Source: an uncultured Chloroflexia bacterium
GTDB taxonomy: Bacteria > Chloroflexota > Limnocylindria > Limnocylindrales > CSP1-4
Assembly: GCA_963766675.1 (NCBI GenBank)
Contig: CAVYBA010000002.1
Location: forward strand, 2,170,806-2,234,805
DNA: 64,000 nt
Direction: 5' to 3'
The stretch's first letter is position 1. Each line of letters opens with the position of its first letter. The translations under genes were made by a program, and so were the position numbers. The notes below the pieces were generated by a model, which was not told where the DNA came from, did no database searches, and saw only the letters and a list, made by a program, of their open reading frames with translations. This document shows, one piece after another, positions 55,204 to 64,000 of the stretch.

Positions 55204-55271
55204 GAGCGAGCGCACTGGAAGTGCGTGAGCGAACGAGCGGAGCCGGCAACGCCGGCCTGGGCCGTCCCGGC
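55204..55271. repeat. intergenic structured repeat, copy 2 (68 bp, identical to copy 1)
   Basis: Base-for-base identical to 55082-55149. Lies between the rpsI stop and the argF start. Confidence 0.9.
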
Positions 55272-55281
55272 GGCCGCCCCC

Positions 55282-55680
55282 TTATCGCTTGGTGTACTGC
55301 GGCGCCTTCCGAGCCCGCTTGAGCCCGTACTTCTTGCGCTCCTTCATCCGCGGGTCGCGGGTCAGGAGCCCGGCCTGACGAAGCGGCAGGCGGTGTCCCT
55401 CGGGGTCGATCTCGAGCAGCGCCCGGGCGATGCCGTGGCGGATCGCGCCGGCCTGGCCGGTCACCCCACCACCTTCGACCTTGATCATGACGTTGAACCG
55501 ACCCTCGGTGCCGGTCACCCGGAATGGCAGGCGGACTTCACCCTCATTGATGGCGTTGCCGAAGTGCTCCTCGAGCGATCGACCGTTGACCACGATCTCG
55601 CCTTCACCGGGCAGCAGCCGGACTCGGGCGATGGCGGTCTTGCGGCGGCCGGTCCCGGAGTAGAACGCAGGAATCGTCAT
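55282..55680 (-). CDS. rpsI: 30S ribosomal protein S9
   Basis: 132 aa, ending ...[17 protein letters not shown]. Confidence 0.95.
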   Translation of the reverse strand: MTIPAFYSGTGRRKTAIARVRLLPGEGEIVVNGRSLEEHFGNAINEGEVRLPFRVTGTEGRFNVMIKVEGGGVTGQAGAIRHGIARALLEIDPEGHRLPLRQAGLLTRDPRMKERKKYGLKRARKAPQYTKR

Positions 55681-55697
55681 GCTTGGTGAACTCCTCG

Positions 55698-56129
55698 TCA
55701 GGCGAGCGGCTCAGGCCGCTGGGCCTGATGCGGATGGTCAGAGCCGGCGTAGATCTTGAGCTTGCGCAGCTGCTGGGTTCCGAGCCGGTTGTGCGGCAGC
55801 ATGCCCTTCACGGCACGACGAATGACTTCCTCGGGCCGTCGCGCCAGCAGATGACCGAGCGTCTCCTGCTTGAAGCCCTGCGGGAACCCGCTGTGGCGGC
55901 TGTAGAGCTTGCTTTCGAGCTTGTCGCTGGTGACCGCGATCTTCGCGGCGTTGAGCACGACCACGTGGTCGCCCGAGTCCAGGTTGGGCTGGTAGGTGGG
56001 CTTGTGCTTGCCCTCGAGGACGCGCGCGATTCGCGACGCGAGGCGGCCGAGCGTCTCGTCCGTCGCGTCAACGACGTACCAGCGTCGCTCGATCTCGCTC
56101 TCCCGGACCGAATAGGTCTTCGCGTTCAT
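55698..56129 (-). CDS. rplM: 50S ribosomal protein L13
   Basis: 143 aa. [18 protein letters not shown]. Confidence 0.95.
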   Translation of the reverse strand: MNAKTYSVRESEIERRWYVVDATDETLGRLASRIARVLEGKHKPTYQPNLDSGDHVVVLNAAKIAVTSDKLESKLYSRHSGFPQGFKQETLGHLLARRPEEVIRRAVKGMLPHNRLGTQQLRKLKIYAGSDHPHQAQRPEPLA

Positions 56130-56920
56130 CGTTCCTCGTGTTCTCCGTTCCCTTCGCCCGGCGGCCGCCCGAGGACGACGCGCCTGAGGCAGAGCCCCTT
56201 GGCCGGCGCGGCTGCCCCGGCGAGGGCCGGACCCGAACCGGCGAGTGCCGCCCGGACCGCTGTCTCATCCAACTTCCCGACCCCAACTTCCAGGAGGACG
56301 GCCACCATCCGGCGGACCATGCCCCGCAGGAACGAGTCGGCTCCAACGTCGATCGTGACCAGCCGGCCCGCCCGCCGCACCCGAACCATTCGCACGGTCC
56401 GGACCGGCGACCGGTCCGTCGCCCCGAAGGCGCTGAAGTCGTGCCGGCCGATGAAGACCGACCCGGCTCGCCCCATCGCGGCGATGTCGAGCGGGGCCCG
56501 CACCCCGAGCGCGACGCGCTCGTGGAGTGGGCTGCGCGGCCCGTTCCAGACGGTATAGCGGTACTCCCGGTACTGCGCCGCATAGCGGGGATTGAACCTG
56601 GCCGACGCCCGTCGCACGTTCCGCACCGAGAGGTCCGGCGGGAGGAGCGCATCGAGCGCCCGACCCAGGCCCGCCTCGGTGAGTCGCCCGTCGTAGGTGA
56701 AGCCAATCACCTGCGACCTGGCATGCACGCCGGCGTCGGTCCGGCCAGCCCCGTCGACCCGCTGCTCCACCCCGTCGCCGAGGCGGGCCAGCGCGGCCTC
56801 CAGGACCCCCTGGACTGTCCGTTTCCCAGGATTGACCTGGAATCCGTCGAAGTCCGTTCCGTCGTATTCGACCGTGGCGCGAAATCGCCTCGGTGCGGCC
56901 TCTCGACCGCGATTCGTCAA
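56126..56920 (-). CDS. truA: tRNA pseudouridine(38-40) synthase TruA
   Basis: [12 protein letters not shown] and GRTDAGVHA motifs. Apparent TTG start. Stop overlaps the rplM ATG. Confidence 0.88.
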   Translation of the reverse strand: MTNRGREAAPRRFRATVEYDGTDFDGFQVNPGKRTVQGVLEAALARLGDGVEQRVDGAGRTDAGVHARSQVIGFTYDGRLTEAGLGRALDALLPPDLSVRNVRRASARFNPRYAAQYREYRYTVWNGPRSPLHERVALGVRAPLDIAAMGRAGSVFIGRHDFSAFGATDRSPVRTVRMVRVRRAGRLVTIDVGADSFLRGMVRRMVAVLLEVGVGKLDETAVRAALAGSGPALAGAAAPAKGLCLRRVVLGRPPGEGNGEHEER

Positions 56921-56962
56921 GTCTGCGAGTCGCCGCTCAGGCGAGCTCTATGCAAGGCGCCA

Positions 56963-57045
56963 TCGAGCACCTGAGCGTGCGCACTTGTGGTGCGTGAGCG
57001 AAGGAGCGGAGATGACAACGCGGCAGAGAGCCGCATCAGCGGCGA
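56963..57045. repeat. intergenic structured repeat, copy 3 (diverged)
   Basis: GAGCACCTGAGCGTGCGCAC-TTGTG-GTGCGTGAGCGAAGGAGCGGAG...AACGC. Same core as copies 1 and 2 with a different hairpin loop. Lies between rplQ and truA. Confidence 0.7.
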
Positions 57046-57048
57046 CCA

Positions 57049-57402
57049 TCAAACAAGTTCCAACTGAACGATCTCGGCCGCGTCACCGCGACGTTGACCG
57101 AGGCGGACGATCCGGGTGAACCCGGACGTCCGGTCTGCATACTTTGGCGCGATCTCGTCGAACAGCTTGGCCACGACCAGCGGCTCGTTGGGGAATTGCG
57201 CGACGACCGAGCGGCGAGCCGACACGTCGCCGCGCTTGGCGAGGCTGATGACCTTCTCGACGCGGCCGCTGATCTCCTTGGCCTTGGCCTCGGTCGTCTT
57301 GACCCGCTCGTAGCGGATCACCGACACGGTCAGGTTCTTGAACAGGCTGAGGCGCGGTCCCTGTTTGCGACTGAGCTTGCGGCCGCCGATTCGATGGGCC
57401 AT
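57049..57402 (-). CDS. rplQ: 50S ribosomal protein L17
   Basis: 117 aa. MAHRIGGRKLSRKQGPR. Confidence 0.95.
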   Translation of the reverse strand: MAHRIGGRKLSRKQGPRLSLFKNLTVSVIRYERVKTTEAKAKEISGRVEKVISLAKRGDVSARRSVVAQFPNEPLVVAKLFDEIAPKYADRTSGFTRIVRLGQRRGDAAEIVQLELV

Positions 57403-57406
57403 CGGA

Positions 57407-58399
57407 TCAGCTCTCCGCCTCGTCGTCGTCGAAGCCGCCGTCGACGTCGCCGTCGTCGAGGCCGTCGCCCTCGGTCTCCGGGATGATGAAGCCGCGCATG
57501 CGCAGCCGTTCCTTCATCTCGTCGAGCGACTTCTTGCCGAAGTTGCGCATTCGGAGCAGGTCGTCGTCCTTGAGCTGGAGGAGCTGCCCGACCTTCACGA
57601 TGTTGTTGCGCTTGAGCGAGTTGTAGGCCCGCATCGGGAGGTCGAGCTCCTCGATCGGCATGTCGAGCATGTTCGATGGCAGTGCCGCCGTGCCGGTCGC
57701 CGGAACGGACGGAACCGCGGCCATCCCGACCGTGACGAACGGCCGGAACTGGTTGACGAGGATCTCGGCGGAGCGGCTGAGCGCCTCCTCGGGCGAGATC
57801 GTGCCGTCGGTCTCGATCTCGATCGTCAGCTTGTCGTGGTTGGTCTCCTGCCCCACTCGCATGCTCTCGACCGAGTAGTTGATCTTGCGGACGGGCGTGA
57901 AGATCGCGTCGACCGCGATCACGCCGATCGGCAGGGCCTCGGCGCGCTCGGCACCGAGGTAGCCGACGCCGCGCTCGACGGTGAGGTCCATCTCGATGGT
58001 CACGTCGTCGGTGTCGAGGGTCATCAGCACGAGATCGGGGTTGATGATCTCGACGTCGGCCGATTCGGCGATGTCGGCCGCGGTGACCGAACCGGCCCCG
58101 CTCTTGATCAGCCGGAGCTGGACGGGGTGAGCCGCGTAGCTCTTGAGCCGAAGCTTCTTGACGTTCAGGACGATCTGGGTGACGTCCTCCTTGACGCCCG
58201 GAATCGTCGAGAACTCCTGGTAGACGTCACGGATCTGGATGCTGGTGACCGCGGCGCCCTCGAGCGACGACAGGAGGACGCGCCGGAGCGCGTTTCCGAG
58301 GGTGACGCCGTAGCCGGCCTGGAGGGGTCCGGCCTCGTACTTGGCGTACGTGCCAGCCTCCTCGACGGGCTCGATCTGCGGAGTCTCGAGTTCGATCAT
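57407..58399 (-). CDS. rpoA: DNA-directed RNA polymerase subunit alpha
   Basis: 330 aa. N-terminal assembly domain, alpha-CTD (LDLPMRAYNSLKRNNI) and an acidic tail. Confidence 0.95.
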   Translation of the reverse strand: MIELETPQIEPVEEAGTYAKYEAGPLQAGYGVTLGNALRRVLLSSLEGAAVTSIQIRDVYQEFSTIPGVKEDVTQIVLNVKKLRLKSYAAHPVQLRLIKSGAGSVTAADIAESADVEIINPDLVLMTLDTDDVTIEMDLTVERGVGYLGAERAEALPIGVIAVDAIFTPVRKINYSVESMRVGQETNHDKLTIEIETDGTISPEEALSRSAEILVNQFRPFVTVGMAAVPSVPATGTAALPSNMLDMPIEELDLPMRAYNSLKRNNIVKVGQLLQLKDDDLLRMRNFGKKSLDEMKERLRMRGFIIPETEGDGLDDGDVDGGFDDDEAES

Positions 58400-58408
58400 G
58401 TGGGCGGG

Positions 58409-59035
58409 TTACCTCGAGTAGTACTCGACCACGAGCTGCTCGTTGAGGTCGAGCGGCATCTGGTCGCGGGTTGGCGGTGCGACGATGGCGCCGGCAAGGT
58501 TGGCGGCGTCGACCGACAGCCACTCCGGCGCCTGGTGGGAGCGGAGCATCTCCTTGGCGATCTTGAACGGCTCACGCGCCCGGTGCGTCTCGCGGACCTC
58601 GACGCGGTCGCCGGGCTTGAGCTGGTAGGACGACACGTTGGTCGGCCGGCCGTTGACGCTGAGGTGGCCGTGGGCGACAAAGTGGCGGGCCTGGGCGCGC
58701 GACGTGGCGATGCCCATCCGGTAGACCACGTTATCGAGTCGCAGCTCCAGCGAACGGAGCAGGTTCTCGCCGGTCACGCCGGGGCGGCTCGACGCGTCCA
58801 CGAAGTAGTTGTGGAACTGGCGCTCGAGCACGCCGTAGGTGCGACGGACCTTCTGCTTCTCACGCAGCTGGAGCCCGAAGTCACCGACCTTGCGGCGGCG
58901 GACGCCGTGCTGGCCGGGCGGAGTGGGACGTCGCTCGAAGGCGCACTTCTTCGTGTAGCAGCGCGTGCCCTTGAGGAAGAGCTTGGCTCCTTCCCGGCGG
59001 CAGAGACGGCAGACGGATTCGGTGTAACGGGCCAT
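58409..59035 (-). CDS. rpsD: 30S ribosomal protein S4
   Basis: 208 aa. MARYTESVCRLCRREGAKLFLKG. Confidence 0.95.
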   Translation of the reverse strand: MARYTESVCRLCRREGAKLFLKGTRCYTKKCAFERRPTPPGQHGVRRRKVGDFGLQLREKQKVRRTYGVLERQFHNYFVDASSRPGVTGENLLRSLELRLDNVVYRMGIATSRAQARHFVAHGHLSVNGRPTNVSSYQLKPGDRVEVRETHRAREPFKIAKEMLRSHQAPEWLSVDAANLAGAIVAPPTRDQMPLDLNEQLVVEYYSR

Positions 59036-59049
59036 GGGTCCTCGCGGCT

Positions 59050-59445
59050 CTAGACGCGACGCCGCTTTGGCGGGCGGCAGCCGTTATGCGGGATTGGGGT
59101 GACGTCGGTGATGGCGGAGACCTCGAGACCGGCGGCCTGGAGCGACCGCACGGCCTGCTCGCGACCAGCACCCGGGCCCTTGACGTAGACCTCGACCTGG
59201 CGCATGCCATGCTCCATCGCGCGCTTGGCGGCCCCTTCGGCGGACAGTGCCGCGGCGTACGGCGTGCTCTTGCGCGAACCCTTGAAGCCGGCCACGCCGG
59301 CGGAGCCCCAGCTGATCACCGCGCCGTTGAGATCGGTGATCGTGATAATCGTGTTGTTGAACGTCGCCTGGATGTGAACGTGACCCTGGGGCACGTTCTT
59401 CTTCTCCCGACGACGAACCTTGACCGCGCGCTTGCGTTCCGCCAT
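59050..59445 (-). CDS. rpsK: 30S ribosomal protein S11
   Basis: 131 aa. [15 protein letters not shown]. Confidence 0.95.
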   Translation of the reverse strand: MAERKRAVKVRRREKKNVPQGHVHIQATFNNTIITITDLNGAVISWGSAGVAGFKGSRKSTPYAAALSAEGAAKRAMEHGMRQVEVYVKGPGAGREQAVRSLQAAGLEVSAITDVTPIPHNGCRPPKRRRV

Positions 59446-59462
59446 GCCTGGTCAGTCCCTCG

Positions 59463-59834
59463 TTACTTCTTGCGCCTGACGCCGACCGTCTTCTTCGGTC
59501 CGCGTCGCTGGCGAGCATTGGTCTTGGTTCGCTGACCCCGGACCGGCAGGTTGCGTCGATGGCGCAGGCCGCGGTACGAGCCGATCTCGATGAGACGCTT
59601 GACGTTGAGCGCAACCTCGCGGCGCAGGTCGCCTTCGACCTTGTAGCGCCGGTCGATCAGCTCGCGGAGCCGGTTGACCTGCTCCTCGGTGAGGTCGCGC
59701 ACCCGGGTGTCGGGGTTGATGTTCGTCTGGGCCAGGATCTTCTGGCTGGTCGGCAGACCGATCCCGAAGACATAGGTGAGACTGACCTCGACTCGCTTCT
59801 CGCGAGGAATGTCGACGCCGGCGATACGGGCCAT
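59463..59834 (-). CDS. rpsM: 30S ribosomal protein S13
   Basis: 123 aa. [26 protein letters not shown]. Confidence 0.95.
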   Translation of the reverse strand: MARIAGVDIPREKRVEVSLTYVFGIGLPTSQKILAQTNINPDTRVRDLTEEQVNRLRELIDRRYKVEGDLRREVALNVKRLIEIGSYRGLRHRRNLPVRGQRTKTNARQRRGPKKTVGVRRKK

Positions 59835-59837
59835 CGG

Positions 59838-59951
59838 TTATCCCTGCCGCTGCTTGTGCTTCGGGTTGGTGCAGATGACCATCACGGTGCCGTGGCGACG
59901 AATCACCTTGCAGTTGTCGCAGCGGGCCTTGACGGAAGCTCTGACTTTCAA
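59838..59951 (-). CDS. rpmJ: 50S ribosomal protein L36
   Basis: Not in the supplied ORF track because it is under 60 aa. Manual translation from a TTG start gives (M)[36 protein letters not shown]. Confidence 0.9.
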   Translation of the reverse strand: MKVRASVKARCDNCKVIRRHGTVMVICTNPKHKQRQG

Positions 59952-59963
59952 CGGATCCTCGAG

Positions 59964-60182
59964 TTACTTGAGTCGATAGGTGATCCGGCCGCGGGTCAAG
60001 TCATACGGAGACAACTCGACGCGGACCCGGTCACCGGGCAGGATGCGGATGAAATTCATCCGGAGCTTGCCGCTGATATGGGCGAGCACCCGGTGGCCAT
60101 TCTCCAACTCGACCGCGAACATGGTATTGGGCAAGGGTTCGACGACCGTTCCCTCTACCTCGATCGCGTCGCGCTTGGCCAC
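59964..60182 (-). CDS. infA: translation initiation factor IF-1
   Basis: 72 aa. [41 protein letters not shown] start with a GAAAGGGAAG RBS. Confidence 0.95.
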   Translation of the reverse strand: MAKRDAIEVEGTVVEPLPNTMFAVELENGHRVLAHISGKLRMNFIRILPGDRVRVELSPYDLTRGRITYRLK

Positions 60183-60212
60183 AGGTCTTCGTGCTTCCCT
60201 TTCTCACGCGCA

Positions 60213-60236
60213 GTGTCGGCCCGAGCGGGCCGACAC
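60213..60236. promoter_or_regulatory. 10-bp-stem hairpin between map and infA
   Basis: GTGTCGGCCC-GAGC-GGGCCGACAC read directly. Intercistronic, about 30 nt upstream of the infA start. Possibly an attenuator or RNA stability/processing element. Confidence 0.35.
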
Positions 60237-60283
60237 ACGAACGCGTAGCGTATCAAACCTGCCCGATCCAGGCAACCGGCGAG

Positions 60284-61048
60284 TCATGCCACAGTCAGGA
60301 TCTGCGGGCCGTCCTCGGTGACGGCGATCGAATGCTCGAAGTGTGCCGCCAGTGAGCCATCGGCCGTCACCACCGTCCAGTCATCGGGCAGGATCCGGGT
60401 GTCGTACCCACCCAGCGTGAACATCGGCTCGATGGCGATGCAGATCCCCGGCTCGAGCTTGCGCCCGGCGCGGCCGGTCCGGTAATTGGGGACCTGTGGG
60501 TCCTCGTGCATCGCCGTCCCGATGCCGTGGCCGACGAACTGCCGGATGACCCCAAAGCCGGCCCTGGCCGCGACATCCTGGACCGCCCCCGAGACATCCT
60601 CGACGTGATTGCCAGGCACGGCGGCTGCGATGCCGGCGAGCATCGCCTCGCGGGTCAGGTCGATCAACTGGCGGATCCTCGGTGGCGCCTCGCCGATGAA
60701 GAAGGTCCGGGCGCCGTCACCGTGCCAGCCATCGACGATCGCACCGGCGTCCACCGAGACGATCTGCCCCTCCCGAAGCCTCCGGTCGCCGGGGATCCCG
60801 TGGACGATCTCATCGTCGATCGAGATGCACACGCTGGCCGGAAAGGGGTGGCTCGGATTGATCCCCGGGTAGCCCTTGAAGGACGGGATCGCGCCGACGG
60901 ACCGGATGTGGGCCTCGGCCAGGGCATCGAGCGCAGCCGTGGAGACCCCGGGGCGCAGTTCGGCCTCGATCAGGTCGAGGACCTCGGCCACCACCCGACC
61001 GGCCCGGCGCATGCGCTCGATCTCAGCGCGCGACTTGCGGGTGACCAT
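60284..61048 (-). CDS. map: type I methionine aminopeptidase
   Basis: 254 aa. Metal-ligand context VSVDAGAIVDGWHGD, HGIG, EPM. ATG shares 1 nt with the adk stop. Confidence 0.92.
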   Translation of the reverse strand: MVTRKSRAEIERMRRAGRVVAEVLDLIEAELRPGVSTAALDALAEAHIRSVGAIPSFKGYPGINPSHPFPASVCISIDDEIVHGIPGDRRLREGQIVSVDAGAIVDGWHGDGARTFFIGEAPPRIRQLIDLTREAMLAGIAAAVPGNHVEDVSGAVQDVAARAGFGVIRQFVGHGIGTAMHEDPQVPNYRTGRAGRKLEPGICIAIEPMFTLGGYDTRILPDDWTVVTADGSLAAHFEHSIAVTEDGPQILTVA

Positions 61049-61713
61049 CAGGCGGCACCGACCTCACCATGGGCGAGCTCCGCCAGCAGCCGGGCGGTCA
61101 CCTCCTGGATCGGTCGGAGGCCATCGATCGAGCGCAGGACGCCGGTCGCCCGATAGTGGGCGACGACGTCCAGCAGAGGCGGGATCTGCTGGGACATCCG
61201 CGCCCGGACGGTCTCTTCGCGATCGTCCTCGCGCTGGACGAGCGGTGAGCCATCGAGGTCGCAGACACCCGGCCTGACCGGTGGATTCGAGGCGAGATTG
61301 TAGACGTGGCCGTTGGCCGAGCAGATCCGGCGGCTCGCCATTCGGAGCACGAGATCCTCGGTCGGCACGTCGATATAGAGCGCGAGATCGACCCGGCCGC
61401 CGCGCGGCGCGAGTGCCCGGTCGAGCGCCTGCGCCTGGCCGCGCGTCCGCGGGAAGCCGTCGAGGACGGCGCCGCCGCCCGCATCGGACGCCGCCAGGCG
61501 CTCGAGGAAGATGTCGACGATGGTGTCATCGGGCACCAGCTGGCCGCGACTCATGTAGCGATCGGCGGCCCGGCCGAGCGGAGTGCCCGCGGTGACGGCC
61601 GCGCGGAGCAGGTCCCCGGACGCGAGGACCGGGACGCCCAGCCGCCGGGCGATGATCGGCGCCTGCGTGCCCTTCCCGGCGCCCGGCGCCCCAAGCAGCA
61701 CCACGACGCTCAT
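61048..61713 (-). CDS. adk: adenylate kinase
   Basis: ORF trimmed to the ATG at 61713. P-loop GAPGAGKGTQ. LID region present. Confidence 0.92.
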   Translation of the reverse strand: MSVVVLLGAPGAGKGTQAPIIARRLGVPVLASGDLLRAAVTAGTPLGRAADRYMSRGQLVPDDTIVDIFLERLAASDAGGGAVLDGFPRTRGQAQALDRALAPRGGRVDLALYIDVPTEDLVLRMASRRICSANGHVYNLASNPPVRPGVCDLDGSPLVQREDDREETVRARMSQQIPPLLDVVAHYRATGVLRSIDGLRPIQEVTARLLAELAHGEVGAA

Positions 61714-61802
61714 GGCAACGCCGACGCGCCGCCCGGGACGAGGCTGCCTGGAGGCTGGGACCGAGAATCGGCGTGGATGGGGCACCGAGGCGAAGGCGCC
61801 CT

Positions 61803-61885
61803 CGAGCACCCGAGCTCACGTACCTGTCGGGGCGTGAGCGAGGGAGCGCAGACGGCAACGCGCGCATCGGTCGCCAGGCGCGCTG
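61803..61885. repeat. intergenic structured repeat, copy 4 (diverged)
   Basis: GAGCACCCGAGCTCACG-N12-CGTGAGCGAGGGAGCGCAG...AACGC. Shares the CGTGAGCGA(A/G)(C/G)GAGCG(G/C)AG core. Lies between secY and adk. Confidence 0.6.
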
Positions 61886-61891
61886 CCGTGG

Positions 61892-63172
61892 TCATCGGAT
61901 GAACCCCTCGTAGTTGCGCATCATCAACTGCGCCTCGATCTGCTTCATCGTCTCGACCACGACCGAGACGACGATCAGCAGGCTCGTGCCGCCGAGGCCG
62001 AGCGTGCCGAGATCGGGGATCGCGAGGCCGATGACCGACGGCGCCACGGCGACGACGCCCAGGAACAGGGCACCGGCGAAGGTGATCCGGGTGACCACCC
62101 GCGAGAGGTAATCCTGCGTCGGCCGCCCAGGGCGAATCCCCGGGATGAAGCCGCCGTTCTTGCGGAGCTGCTCAGCGGTCTCGTCCGGCTTGAACGTGAA
62201 CGCGGTGTAGAAGTACGTGAACCCGACGGTCAACGCGAAGTACAGCGTGATGTAGACGAGTGTCCGGGGAGCGAAGAAGTTGACGATTCCTCGGGCGATG
62301 TCGGCCACGAAGCCGACCTGCGAAGTGGTGAAGTACGAGGCGATCTGCTGCGGGAACAGCAGGATGCTGACCGCGAAGATGATCGGGATCACGCCGGCCT
62401 GGTTGACCCGCAGCGGCAGGAACGTCTGGCCGCCCGAGTACATCCGGCGACCCCGGACGCGACTGGCGTACTGGATCGGGATCCGGCGTTGGCCTTCCTG
62501 GATGTAGATGATCACGGCCACGGCGGCGACCGCCATCAGCGCGAATCCCACGAGGATCGTGAAGTTCGGATTGACCATGAAGCCGCTGATCGCGCCCGGC
62601 GCCCGGCTGACGATGCCGGCGAAGATGATGAAGCTGATGCCGTTGCCGATTCCTCGTTCAGTGATCAGCTCGCCGATCCACATCAGCGCGATGGCGCCGG
62701 CGGTCAGCGTCGCGATCTGGGTCAGCGTCGTGAAGCTCGCCAGGTCGAACGTGCCGGTCAGGACGTGCTGCGAGTTGAGCAGGGCCAGGAAGCCGTACGC
62801 CTGGAGCATGGCCATCGGTACGGTCAGGTAGCGGGTGTACTGGTTGAGCTTGTTGCGCCCGTACTCGCCCTCGCGGCTGAGGGCTTGGAGCGACGGGACC
62901 ACGCCGCCCATCAGCTGCATGATGATCGAGGCGTTGATGTACGGGTTCATGCCGATCGCCACGACGGAGAAGTGAGACAGCCCGCCGCCCGAGAAGAGGT
63001 CGAGCAGGCCGACCAGGGCGTTGCCCTTGACGAAGTTGTCGAGCTGGGTCTTGTCGATCCCGGGCACCGGCACGGCGGCCAGGAACCGGAACACGATGAG
63101 CAGCGCCAGCACGTACAGGACGCGGCGCCTGATGTCCTGCGCCCGGAACGCGTTGAGGACCGAGTCGAACAC
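61892..63172 (-). CDS. secY: preprotein translocase subunit SecY
   Basis: 426 aa, 10 TM helices. GIGNGISFIIFAGI motif. GTG start. Confidence 0.95.
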   Translation of the reverse strand: MFDSVLNAFRAQDIRRRVLYVLALLIVFRFLAAVPVPGIDKTQLDNFVKGNALVGLLDLFSGGGLSHFSVVAIGMNPYINASIIMQLMGGVVPSLQALSREGEYGRNKLNQYTRYLTVPMAMLQAYGFLALLNSQHVLTGTFDLASFTTLTQIATLTAGAIALMWIGELITERGIGNGISFIIFAGIVSRAPGAISGFMVNPNFTILVGFALMAVAAVAVIIYIQEGQRRIPIQYASRVRGRRMYSGGQTFLPLRVNQAGVIPIIFAVSILLFPQQIASYFTTSQVGFVADIARGIVNFFAPRTLVYITLYFALTVGFTYFYTAFTFKPDETAEQLRKNGGFIPGIRPGRPTQDYLSRVVTRITFAGALFLGVVAVAPSVIGLAIPDLGTLGLGGTSLLIVVSVVVETMKQIEAQLMMRNYEGFIR

Positions 63173-63174
63173 GG

Positions 63175-64000
63175 TCAGGCGTCCGCGCCGGGTGGGTCGG
63201 ATTCGGCCGGTGCAACGGGCGCGTCGGATTCGCCGAGCGTTTCGGGCGCGTCCGTCGACGCGTCGGGCGCCGCGATCTCCGCGACGTCTTCGTCGGTCGC
63301 CCCGTCAGCCGCCAATGCTTCCGCGGCGGGTGGGGCAGCCTGAGCCTTGGGCTTGGCCGCCCTGGCGACCTTGGTCGCCTTGGCAGGCGCGGCCGCGGCC
63401 GCCGCGACGACTTCGGCGGCATCGGCTGCCCTGGCATCGCGGGCATCGGCCCGCTGGCCGGCCGCCGCCCGGCCGGCGGCGGTTCGAGGCTCCCTCGGCG
63501 TCCGCGCGATCTCGGCGACGCCGATCGCCGGCTGGCTGTCGCTCGGGATCTCGAGCACGTTGACGCTGCCGCCGGCCGCCTCGATCTTGGCTCGCGCCGA
63601 GGCGGTGAACGCATCGGCCACCACGAACAGCGGCATCGACACGTCACCGGCGCCCAGGATCTTGAGCGGCCTGTTCAGCGTCCGGACGAGCCCGACCGCT
63701 CGCAGGATGTCCTGGTTGATGGTGATCGGCGACGGCTTGGCGTCCTTCCCGGCGCTCCCGTCGGCGTCGAACGCCCCCCGCTCGGCGAGGCTGCCGATGG
63801 CGCCGACATTGACGATCTCGTACTCGATCCTGAACGGGTTCTTGAAGCCGCGAAGCTTGGGAAGCCGCTGGTGGAGTGGCGTCTGGCCGCCCTCAAACCA
63901 GGGCGGGATGGAGCCGCCGGCCCGGGCCTTCTGGCCCTTGGTGCCGCGGCCGGCGGTCTTGCCCTTGCCCCCGGCGATCCCCCGACCGACGCGGGTGCGC
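63175..64000 (-). CDS. rplO: 50S ribosomal protein L15 (5' end beyond the window) with a long Ala/Pro/acidic C-terminal extension
   Basis: Manual translation in the same frame as ORF 63175..63642, continued to the window edge, gives [29 protein letters not shown]...[38 protein letters not shown], followed by about 120 extra residues. Confidence 0.9.
   Translation of the reverse strand, partial: RTRVGRGIAGGKGKTAGRGTKGQKARAGGSIPPWFEGGQTPLHQRLPKLRGFKNPFRIEYEIVNVGAIGSLAERGAFDADGSAGKDAKPSPITINQDILRAVGLVRTLNRPLKILGAGDVSMPLFVVADAFTASARAKIEAAGGSVNVLEIPSDSQPAIGVAEIARTPREPRTAAGRAAAGQRADARDARAADAAEVVAAAAAAPAKATKVARAAKPKAQAAPPAAEALAADGATDEDVAEIAAPDASTDAPETLGESDAPVAPAESDPPGADA

Noticed and set aside
51977-55228. 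1083-aa plus-strand ORF, the longest in the track
   Set aside because: It lies antisense to cdaA, the TPR gene and argF, all of which have clear family motifs. Its product is extreme Arg/Pro/Gly-rich low complexity, the usual shadow ORF of a very GC-rich genome.
55082-55271. CRISPR array
   Set aside because: There are only two identical units. The units are 68 bp, too long for CRISPR repeats. There are no further regularly spaced repeats and no cas genes. The other copies are dispersed and diverged.
55082-61885. Repeat copies encoding a conserved peptide; plus-strand frames read HWKCVSERAEP, HLWCVSEGAEM and CRGVSEGAQT
   Set aside because: None of the copies has a start codon or RBS context. 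The frames are not bounded consistently. The variation pattern fits hairpin conservation better than peptide conservation.
1-64000. tRNA, rRNA or other classical RNA genes in the intergenic spacers
   Set aside because: I read through all spacers longer than 50 nt and none shows cloverleaf-compatible arms or rRNA-like sequence. A covariance-model scan (tRNAscan-SE or Infernal) would be needed for certainty.

Overview
Very GC-rich bacterial chromosomal segment with Gram-positive-type gene order (Actinomycetota- or Chloroflexota-like; the lineage cannot be fixed from this sequence alone). It is mostly housekeeping genes, largely on the minus strand and packed with 1-4 nt start/stop overlaps. Left third: TetR regulator; cydABDC; a divergent copper module (PCuAC chaperone, multi-domain SCO1 fusion, Tat-exported two-domain multicopper oxidase); a small W/G-rich membrane protein with an OmpR-type regulator and an intramembrane-sensing kinase; Zn-ADH; NDH-2; an MFS transporter; a frame-broken zinc-ribbon membrane protein; and a frame-broken pyruvate,phosphate dikinase. 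Middle: DUF2461, DUF4242, a secreted hypothetical protein, ferredoxin-NADP reductase plus an NfnAB-like pair, the ogt region, DUF3500, glyQS, a PPOX-like protein, recO, a polyprenyl synthase, a CNNM/CorC protein and glmU. Right half: ridA-ispE-rsmA-tsaD-rimI-tsaB-tsaE, four uncharacterised or macro-domain genes, alr-nnrD-acpS-glmS-glmM-cdaR-cdaA, a TPR protein, argF, then rpsI-rplM-truA-rplQ-rpoA-rpsD-rpsK-rpsM-rpmJ-infA-map-adk-secY-rplO (partial). I recognised no rRNA, tRNA, CRISPR array, transposase or integrase. Five things stand out. (1) A diverged 95-bp direct repeat of the ogt 3' end brackets a 1.1-kb insertion whose only gene encodes an XRE-HTH fused to a NucS/PD-(D/E)XK-like nuclease core. 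(2) A translationally coupled set of unknown genes (macro domain, 97 aa, 534 aa ASKHA-like, 330 aa) sits between alr and tsaE. (3) A structured intergenic repeat family has four copies in spacers of the ribosomal-protein region. (4) Two single-nucleotide frame breaks lie within 2 kb of each other. (5) The SCO1 protein is an unusual fusion inside the copper operon. All family assignments come from motif reading, not database searches.
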